NCBI GenBank assembly: GCA_944392545.1
Contig: CALXWW010000001.1
Span: forward strand, 153,210 to 217,209
Direction of reading: 5' to 3'
Length of the DNA stretch: 64,000 nt
Source of the DNA: an uncultured Clostridia bacterium
GTDB taxonomy: Bacteria; Bacillota; Clostridia; TANB77; CAG-508
In this document: positions 55,882 to 64,000 of the stretch, piece by piece
Layout: every line of letters begins with the position of its first letter
How positions within the stretch are numbered: position 1 is the first letter of the stretch
Notes under the pieces: generated by a model
What the model saw: the letters and a program-made list of their open reading frames with translations, nothing else
Databases searched by the model: none
What the model was told of the DNA's origin: nothing
Program-made: the position numbers and the translations under genes

Positions 55882-56166
55882 TTAATATTTTTTATATAAA
55901 TATATCTTAGGAGAAAAAATATATTTGTATAAATATTTAATAATATATAACATTTTTTCATGATTAAAACCTATAATACTAAATAAGAAAAAAGGGAAAA
56001 AGAAAACTATAAAAAAACTTATTTTTAAAGTAATATTAGGGATAAGAAAATAAGATATAAAAAACACAAATGATCCCCATAATATATTTAAAATAACAGT
56101 AGTATAATCAATAAAACCTAATAATTTACTATCAAAATTATAATTTTGTGGAAAAATAAATTTCAT
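55882..56166 (-). CDS. Small 2-TM membrane protein (possible PrgI/TcpE-like T4SS component)
   Basis: 94 aa, two hydrophobic helices, abuts the VirB6-like gene. Confidence 0.3.
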   Translation of the reverse strand: MKFIFPQNYNFDSKLLGFIDYTTVILNILWGSFVFFISYFLIPNITLKISFFIVFFFPFFLFSIIGFNHEKMLYIIKYLYKYIFSPKIYLYKKY

Positions 56167-56168
56167 AA

Positions 56169-57065
56169 TTATTTAATCTGTCCTTTCATTAATTTAAAAT
56201 TTTGTGAAACATCTGTGGAAATTCCACCTATAAAATGTTGAGTATATGAATTAGCTCTTAGCAGAGCATATAATGAACCAATGCATAATAATTTAGAAAG
56301 AATATCAGAAGAGGAGAAATCTAAAGAAGAAACTATTAAAAGAATAATCGAAATAAATGGTTGAATAAAAAGAAGAGATAAAAAAATTTTAAGCCAAGAT
56401 TTAAAAAACCAAGAACTTGAAGCATTTATTAGTGAAAGAAAAGCAAAAGGCATTAATAATATTAGAACTTTTATCATTATATATCTTAAGGAATAGGTAA
56501 ATAATAAGCTTACAAAACTAAAAGATATAATACTCCTTAAAATTCCATCAAAAGAGAATACGTTAATATTAGTAGAATCAATTGTGATAATTGAATTTAA
56601 ATTTTCTATTAATGCAGAAAAAGAAATTTCTGTATTTAAAATAGAAGAGCCAATTTGGCAAATTAACGAAGAAATTAAATCAGTAAAATATATAAAAAAT
56701 TCACATATAAAATAAGAACAATTAATAAACATTCCAAATATTAATAATTTGAAAATAAATTGATATGGTTTCTCAATAGAAATACCTGTAAAGTGTGAAT
56801 AAATTAATTTAAAACAGTAGTATAAACAAGTAGCAACAAGTAGAGAATTTGCAACTATTAGTAAACTATTATTTGAACCATGTCCAAATATTTTAGAAAA
56901 TAAAGAATCACTTAAAATATCTGTGCCTATAAAAGTTAATTCATCTAGAGTATTATAGACACTATTATCAATAGAAGAGAAAAGTGAATTTAATAGACTA
57001 TTTATAGTATCTATAATAACTTGTGAAATGTTAGTAAGCTCTGCTTCTGAAATATTTCCTTCCAA
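56169..57065 (-). CDS. Polytopic membrane protein, VirB6/TrbL-like candidate
   Basis: 298 aa with about 6 predicted TM helices separated by short loops. Size and topology match minimal VirB6. The assignment is positional and topological, not motif-based. Confidence 0.4.
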   Translation of the reverse strand: MEGNISEAELTNISQVIIDTINSLLNSLFSSIDNSVYNTLDELTFIGTDILSDSLFSKIFGHGSNNSLLIVANSLLVATCLYYCFKLIYSHFTGISIEKPYQFIFKLLIFGMFINCSYFICEFFIYFTDLISSLICQIGSSILNTEISFSALIENLNSIITIDSTNINVFSFDGILRSIISFSFVSLLFTYSLRYIMIKVLILLMPFAFLSLINASSSWFFKSWLKIFLSLLFIQPFISIILLIVSSLDFSSSDILSKLLCIGSLYALLRANSYTQHFIGGISTDVSQNFKLMKGQIK

Positions 57066-57080
57066 AGTACACCTCCACGA

Positions 57081-57428
57081 CTATTCTACTAAAGATTTAA
57101 TTGCAGACAAAATTAAATTGATTGCAAGAATAAAAGCATAAGAAAATAAAGAACCTCTAATTAATTTCTTTGCAACTCTGATTCTTTCTTCATCACCAAA
57201 GCTAAATTTTTTCATAAAAACTCCAACGCCTACAGCAACTGCAGCAGCCGGAGTAGCTAAAGTAATAAGCCAACCTTTAATGCTTTCAAATGCATTAGTT
57301 AATTTATCTACTAATGCTGGTGGACTATCAAAAAGAGCAGATTTGCAAATATTATTGAACAGTGTTAAAAAAATGAATAATAGAAAAATAAAATAGAATA
57401 AAATAAATATGTTTTTAGATTTTTTCAT
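57081..57428 (-). CDS. VirB2/TrbC-like pilin-type protein
   Basis: Signal/TM N-terminus, then KGWLITLATPAAAVAVGVGVFM and a second hydrophobic helix. This resembles the hairpin architecture of TrbC/VirB2. Confidence 0.45.
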   Translation of the reverse strand: MKKSKNIFILFYFIFLLFIFLTLFNNICKSALFDSPPALVDKLTNAFESIKGWLITLATPAAAVAVGVGVFMKKFSFGDEERIRVAKKLIRGSLFSYAFILAINLILSAIKSLVE

Positions 57429-57445
57429 AAAATACCTCCTTGTAA

Positions 57446-59311
<1,866 letters not shown>

Positions 59312-59620
59312 CTCTTTTATTTTTTATCAGATAAATGTTTAGATTTTAAATTTAACTTTGCGCCTTGTAAATTATGAAATAATTTATTATTGAAAAATAA
59401 ATAAATTGAATAAAGACTAATAAAAAGATGGATAATAAAAAATATGAAAAATGAATCTAAGATAGTAAATTTAAACACCGCCTTCCAATTTCTACCAATA
59501 ATACAACATTTTTTGAAATTTGTCTATACTTTTTTGAAAATTTGTGATAAAATTTTGAGTATATTATTTTAGAAGTGGATAAAATAAAAAATAAATATTG
59601 AAAGAAGGGAAGAACACAAA

Positions 59621-59806
59621 ATGAAAATTGATAAAAATATAAAAATTGGTGAATTATTAGAAATAGCACCAGAAAAAGCAGAAATCTTATTAGATGCAGG
59701 TATGCATTGTTTAGGATGCCCAGCTTCTCAAGCAGAAACATTGGAAGAAGCATGTGAAGTTCATGGAATAGATGTAGAAGAGTTAGTAGAAAAGCTAAAT
59801 AAATAA
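59621..59806 (+). CDS. DUF1858-like small redox-disulfide protein
   Basis: 61 aa, CLGC motif, host-like composition. Confidence 0.6.
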   Translation: MKIDKNIKIGELLEIAPEKAEILLDAGMHCLGCPASQAETLEEACEVHGIDVEELVEKLNK

Positions 59807-59943
59807 ATTATTTTATATAAATAATTATAAAAAATAAAAAATAATAGGAAATTTCACAGAAAATTCACAAATTGTATTGACAAACTAAAAAAAATAGTTT
59901 AAAATAATACTTGCGTTTACAAAATAAACGCAAGCCTAAATCT

Positions 59944-60019
59944 GGGTCATTAGCTCAGGTGGTAGAGCACTTGACTTTTAATCAAGTTGTCCGCGGTTCG
60001 AGTCCGCGATGGCTCACCA
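59944..60019 (+). tRNA. tRNA-Lys (anticodon TTT)
   Basis: GGGTCATTAGCTCAGGTGGTAGAGCACTTGACTTTTAATCAAGTTGTCCGCGGTTCGAGTCCGCGATGGCTCACCA. Confidence 0.9.
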
Positions 60020-60055
60020 ATCTACTAGGGCGCAAATCCCCTAGTACAGATTTAT

Positions 60056-60130
60056 GGCCCCGTGGTCAAGCGGTTAAGACATCGCCCTTTCACGGCGGAG
60101 ACATGGGTTCGATTCCCGTCGGGGTCACCA
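60056..60130 (+). tRNA. tRNA-Glu (anticodon TTC)
   Basis: GGCCCCGTGGTCAAGCGGTTAAGACATCGCCCTTTCACGGCGGAGACATGGGTTCGATTCCCGTCGGGGTCACCA. Confidence 0.9.
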
Positions 60131-60134
60131 AAAT

Positions 60135-60452
60135 GCCACTTTAGCTCAGTTGGTAGAGCAACTGACTTGTGGGATAGATAAAACTTAAGTTTTATTTTGA
60201 ACTATCTTGCACCTATATATGGAAACGTATATAGTGGACACCGCTAATTCGGGGAAAGCTAAATAATATTATATGCTAATCCCGAGCTAGGAGAGAGTAA
60301 TAATCTTCGAGTGTAGAGACTTTATACGGTGTACCTAAAGCAAATAAGCTATGGTAAAGAGAAAGTCCAGACTACAAACACCTTTGGTGGTAATGAAAAT
60401 TATAGTAGTATGAATCAGTAGGTCGTCCGTTCAAGTCGGACAAGTGGCTCCA
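60135..60452 (+). tRNA. tRNA-Thr (anticodon TGT) interrupted by a group I intron after position 36
   Basis: Exons GCCACTTTAGCTCAGTTGGTAGAGCAACTGACTTGT | AATCAGTAGGTCGTCCGTTCAAGTCGGACAAGTGGCTCCA splice to a canonical tRNA-Thr(UGU). A 242-nt insert (60171-60412) separates them. Confidence 0.8.
60171..60412 (+). ncRNA. Group I self-splicing intron (IC3-like, tRNA-type)
   Basis: Core elements: AATTCGGGGAAAGCTAAAT (compare Azoarcus/Anabaena AAUUCGGCGAAACCUAAG), GAGTGTAGAGACTTTATACGGTGTACC (GUAGAGACU J6/7-P7 region), CCTAAAGCAAATAAGCTATGGTAAAGAGAAAGTCCAGAC (compare Anabaena GGGUAAAGAGAGAGUCCA). It ends in G before the 3' exon. Confidence 0.7.
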
Positions 60453-60456
60453 AACT

Positions 60457-60493
60457 AAAAAGAAGAACTGGAATTTCTAGTTCTTCTTTTTTT
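60457..60493 (+). terminator. Terminator after the tRNA cluster
   Basis: aaaaagaagaact ggaattt ctagttcttcttttttt. Confidence 0.6.
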
Positions 60494-60514
60494 ATATAAG
60501 AAAGGATTTTAGTA

Positions 60515-60904
60515 ATGATTTGCTTGAATTGTGGAAAAGGCATTTCTAATAAAAAGAAATATTGCAATAATTTTGCCAAAAAGAATTTCAATATAAGGAA
60601 TATATATTAAAATGGAAAAAACGGAGAAGTTAATGGAATAAGAGGAGAATATCAAGTTTCTTCACATATAAAAAAATATATTTTCAATAAATATAATAAT
60701 AAATGTGTTAAATGTGGTTGGGGAGAAAAGAACATTTATACTAATACAATACCATTAGAAATAGATCATATTGATGGAAATTATAAAAATAACAAAGAAG
60801 ATAATTTAGTATTATTATGTCCAAATTGTCATGCATTAACTTCAACATATAAGGGGGCGAATTTAAACTATGGTAGAAAATCAAGGAAAAAATATACTAA
60901 ATAA
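60515..60904 (+). pseudogene. HNH endonuclease gene interrupted by one in-frame TAA (60608-60610)
   Basis: The frame reads MICLNCGKGISNKKKYCNNFAKKNFNIRNIY*NGKNGEVNGIRGEYQVSSHIKKYIFNKYNNKCVKCGWGEKNIYTNTIPLEIDHIDGNYKNNKEDNLVLLCPNCHALTSTYKG...KYTK*, a complete HNH core (DH...N...CPNCH) with zinc-ribbon Cys pairs. It is missed by the ORF track because the post-stop part has no start codon. Confidence 0.65.
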
Positions 60905-61628
60905 TAAAGTAGTTATAGTAACAGGAGGATCAAGGGGAATAGGCAGAGAAATAGTAAAGTATTTAGCAAAAAAAGGATATATTGTAATATTAAATTATAA
61001 TAAATCTGGAGAATGTGCTAGAAATGTGGAAAACTATATAAAAAAAGAAGGGTTTTCTGTAGATATATATAAAGCAGACGTATCTAGTAGAGAAGATGCA
61101 GAAAATTTAATACAATACACATTAGATAAGTATAAAAAAATAGATGTACTTGTTAATAATGCTGGAATAGCTCAGTCAAAATTATTTACAGAAATAACAG
61201 ATGAAGATTGGAATAATATGATAAATAATAACTTAACTTCAGCATTTTATTGTACAAGAAAAGCATCAAAAAGCATGATAACCCAAAAAAGCGGTCTGAT
61301 AATAAATATTTCTTCTATATGGGGAATTACGGGAAGTAGTATGGAAGTACATTATTCTACAGCAAAAGCAGGATTAATAGGTTTTACAAAGGCACTTGCT
61401 AAAGAATTGGGACCTTCCAATATACGTGTTAATGCAATAGCACCAGGAATAATAGATACAGATATGAATAAAGAATATTCTAAAGAAGATATAGAAAAAA
61501 TAAAAGAAGAAATTCCATTAGAAAAAATTGGACAAGCACAAAATATTGCAAGATGCGTAAATTGGCTTATAGAAGATGATTATACAACTGGAGAAGTTAT
61601 TTCTATAAATGGTGGATGGTATATGTAA
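60870..61628 (+). CDS. fabG: 3-oxoacyl-ACP reductase FabG-like short-chain dehydrogenase
   Basis: VIVTGGSRGIGREI cofactor motif, NNAG, and catalytic S...YSTAK (YxxxK). Confidence 0.85.
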   Translation: MVENQGKNILNNKVVIVTGGSRGIGREIVKYLAKKGYIVILNYNKSGECARNVENYIKKEGFSVDIYKADVSSREDAENLIQYTLDKYKKIDVLVNNAGIAQSKLFTEITDEDWNNMINNNLTSAFYCTRKASKSMITQKSGLIINISSIWGITGSSMEVHYSTAKAGLIGFTKALAKELGPSNIRVNAIAPGIIDTDMNKEYSKEDIEKIKEEIPLEKIGQAQNIARCVNWLIEDDYTTGEVISINGGWYM

Positions 61629-61671
61629 AAATAAAGTAGTAGAAATTGATTTTCTACTACTTTTATCAACT

Positions 61672-62139
61672 TTATTGTTCTTCGCTTTTTATTTTTCTTT
61701 TATAATTTCCTGAAATTATTTTTGGCAAATAAGTTATTATTTTATATACTGCTAAACGTATTTTTTTACTCCACAAATATGTTTTTCTTAATCTATGAGG
61801 TGTATCTATTTCAGTATCTTCCTTTAATACTAAAGCAAGTTCGGCTTTTTCTATAGGAAAGATATAGTTTTGAGAATCATTATTATCCCACTCATTATTT
61901 GAATTTCTAAAACATAAATTTAATGTGTCATTAGATATTAATTCTATTTCTGCTTGAAAACCCAATTCTGTTTTTTCCATTTGTATTTCATTTAAGTTTT
62001 CCCAGTTATTTCCGAAACCATAATGAACAAAGACTTCTTCAGAATTATCCTGAAAAAGTTTCCCTGTATATGAAATTTTTATTGTATCATTTTCTATTAA
62101 TTTATCTGTATTGAAAAATATATTCTTTACTAGTTCCAT
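61672..62139 (-). CDS. Hypothetical protein
   Basis: 155 aa ORF, no motif recognised. Confidence 0.4.
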   Translation of the reverse strand: MELVKNIFFNTDKLIENDTIKISYTGKLFQDNSEEVFVHYGFGNNWENLNEIQMEKTELGFQAEIELISNDTLNLCFRNSNNEWDNNDSQNYIFPIEKAELALVLKEDTEIDTPHRLRKTYLWSKKIRLAVYKIITYLPKIISGNYKRKIKSEEQ

Positions 62140-62254
62140 CTTTAACTCCTTTTATCTCTCGTTAATAATATATTAAATTATATTATTAAAAAATAAAATA
62201 TTCAATACTTTTTTGAAAAAAATTGTAAAATTTTATACTTTTTAATAGATATAT

Positions 62255-62842
62255 TTAGAAAATTAAACCTGTATTTGTTCCAAGAATTTTACCTATAATA
62301 GTATATTTAGTATTATCATTAAGTATTATGTCTGTAAACTCTTTGTTATCAGCTCTTAATACTAATGAATCTTTTCTTATTACATATCTACGCATAATAA
62401 TCTTTCCATCATATTCAAAAAGACCAATATCCTTGTTTTCTAAAGGAGAATTAAGCTCTATAAAAGCGAAAACACCTTTTTCTAAACGTGGTGACATAGA
62501 ATCATCAGTAACTTTTAAAGCTAAAGCAGCTGTAGGAAAGTCAACAGGACATTCTATGAATGAATCTAATGAATTAACTGCTAAAATTTTATTATATGAA
62601 ATATGTTCAGGCATTTTATTAATTTTTTGTTCTTCAGTAAAAATCTTATCATATGTATACATTAAAGGTTGACAAGGAATTTCTAAAGCTCTACAAATAG
62701 ACCTTAATGCTCGATGACTAGGATTTCTTTCCTCTTTTTCAATATGAGCAATATGTCCAATATTAATATTTGTATGTCTTGCAAGTTCTGCTTTTGACAT
62801 GTTTCTTTCGGTACGTATTCTAGATATCATATCTCCAATCAT
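62255..62842 (-). CDS. XRE-HTH + S24 peptidase repressor (LexA/CI-like)
   Basis: N-terminal HTH_XRE (MSKAELARHTNINIGHIAHIEKEERNPS) and a C-terminal S24 fold with the Ser in VTDDSMSP and a downstream Lys. Confidence 0.7.
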   Translation of the reverse strand: MIGDMISRIRTERNMSKAELARHTNINIGHIAHIEKEERNPSHRALRSICRALEIPCQPLMYTYDKIFTEEQKINKMPEHISYNKILAVNSLDSFIECPVDFPTAALALKVTDDSMSPRLEKGVFAFIELNSPLENKDIGLFEYDGKIIMRRYVIRKDSLVLRADNKEFTDIILNDNTKYTIIGKILGTNTGLIF

Positions 62843-63021
62843 TTATATCAACCTCTCCTCCAAAATTTATTTAATTATACATAAAAACAAAATAAAAGTC
62901 TAGCTAAAAAAGATTTTTTTGTAAAATAATAGATAAAAAAATATTGTAAAAAATATACTCTTATGGTAATATAAACGTACTGAAATGTATAAAATTTATT
63001 ATGATAGGAGAAATAGATTTT

Positions 63022-64000
63022 ATGGATGAAAACAATGAAAAAGAGAAAAAAACAGACAACGAAGAGGATACTGAAAAATTTCAAGAAAACATAACACAAG
63101 AAAAGAAAAAGGAAGCAGAGAAACAAGAAGCAAAAAGTAAAGATAAAAAGAAGTCTAGGCTGCCAATAATATTAGGATCTATTTTAATAATTTTTATATT
63201 AATTTTTTCTGTATTTTTTTCTTTAATAAGTATAAATAATGAGAATATATTAGACAATGTTTCAATAATGGGTATTGACGTTAGCAACATGTCAAAAGAA
63301 AAAGCAGAAGAGGCTGTATCAGAAGTAATTACTTCAAAATTGCAAGAAGAATTAATTTTAAAAAAAGACGACTACGAAACTAGTTTAAATGCTAATCAGA
63401 TAAATACACAGTTTGATATAAAAACAGCAGTAAATGAAGCGTATAACATAGGAAGAGATGGAAACATTATTACAAACAACTATGGAATATTAGGTACATG
63501 GTTATTCGGTAGAAAGATAGAATGCAATTTCAATTTTGACGAAGAATCATTAAATAAAAAAATTGATGATATTTCTTCAAAACTTCCAGGGGCAGTTGTT
63601 CAAAATAGTTACTATATAGAAGATGAAGAGCTGATTATAGTAAAAGGAACTCCAGGTATTTCTATTAAAAAAGATGAATTAAAAGAAAACATATTAAGTA
63701 AAATAAAAGATGTAAACAAAAAGTATGATATAGTTACAATTCCAACAGAGGAAGTAGAGCCGGATGTGATTAATTTAGAGAAAATAAGAAACGAGATATA
63801 TAAAGAACCACAAGATGCATATGTATCAAAAAATCCAACAACAGTACATACACATGTAAATGGAGTTGATTTTGCAATATCAATGGAAGAAGCTCAAAAA
63901 ATATTAGAAGAAGATAAAGAAGAGTATATAATTCCACTAAAAATTACTGTTCCAGATAAAACTTTAGAGGATTTAGGAGAAGAGGCTTTCCCAGACAAAC
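63022..64000 (+). CDS. VanW/YoaR-like cell-wall-associated protein, 3' end beyond the window
   Basis: Acidic/Lys-rich N-terminus, a single TM (LPIILGSILIIFILIFSVFFSLI), then an extracytoplasmic domain that continues off the window. Not in the ORF track because no stop is reached. Confidence 0.45.
   Translation, partial: MDENNEKEKKTDNEEDTEKFQENITQEKKKEAEKQEAKSKDKKKSRLPIILGSILIIFILIFSVFFSLISINNENILDNVSIMGIDVSNMSKEKAEEAVSEVITSKLQEELILKKDDYETSLNANQINTQFDIKTAVNEAYNIGRDGNIITNNYGILGTWLFGRKIECNFNFDEESLNKKIDDISSKLPGAVVQNSYYIEDEELIIVKGTPGISIKKDELKENILSKIKDVNKKYDIVTIPTEEVEPDVINLEKIRNEIYKEPQDAYVSKNPTTVHTHVNGVDFAISMEEAQKILEEDKEEYIIPLKITVPDKTLEDLGEEAFPDK

Noticed and set aside
59457-59753. 98-aa minus-strand ORF upstream of the coupling-protein gene
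   Set aside because: Hydrophobic low-complexity product overlapping the better-supported DUF1858-like + strand gene.
62843-63021. LexA (Cheo) box between the S24 repressor and the VanW-like gene
   Set aside because: No GAAC-N4-GTTC-type palindrome found. Only an acgtac hexamer is present.

Overview
This 64 kb window is the chromosomal replication-origin region of an extremely AT-rich, spore-forming Firmicute. It has a clostridial gene repertoire and Asn/Lys/Ile-rich proteins.

The core is the canonical origin block rpmH-dnaA-dnaN-recF-remB-gyrB ... gyrA. DnaA boxes sit upstream of dnaA, between dnaA and dnaN next to a (TAC)6 AT-rich unwinding element, and after dnaN. To the left, a long minus-strand run holds the usual origin-proximal housekeeping genes, a short SRP RNA and sporulation genes. 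To the right of the origin, between gyrA and a tRNA-Lys/Glu/Thr cluster, lie replication-restart genes and type-IV-secretion-like genes, all on the minus strand.

Three things are not ordinary:
(1) gyrB and gyrA are not adjacent. They are separated by about 5 kb of even more AT-rich DNA encoding a VirB4-family conjugation ATPase split into two same-frame ORFs (the N-terminal piece has no ATG/GTG/TTG start), a pseudo-receiver + P-loop NTPase and an unknown protein. Immediately after gyrA, on the opposite strand, sit a VirD4-like coupling ATPase, a VirB2/TrbC-like pilin-like protein, a VirB6/TrbL-like polytopic protein and a small membrane protein, beside host-like dnaD/dnaI. This is a dispersed T4SS-like gene set wrapped around gyrA with no relaxase or integrase in view.
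(2) Two near-identical non-coding arrays, about 1.8 kb and 1.5 kb, are built from an approximately 800-bp unit that is T-rich on the + strand. They bracket, as direct repeats, a 1.7 kb cassette (guanylate-kinase-like P-loop kinase + APH-family phosphotransferase + two tRNA-Ser).
(3) The tRNA-Thr(UGU) gene is interrupted after anticodon position 36 by a 242-nt group I intron. Just downstream is an HNH endonuclease gene inactivated by a single in-frame TAA.

I could not run any searches. Family assignments come from motifs I read in the translations, and coordinates were worked out by hand.
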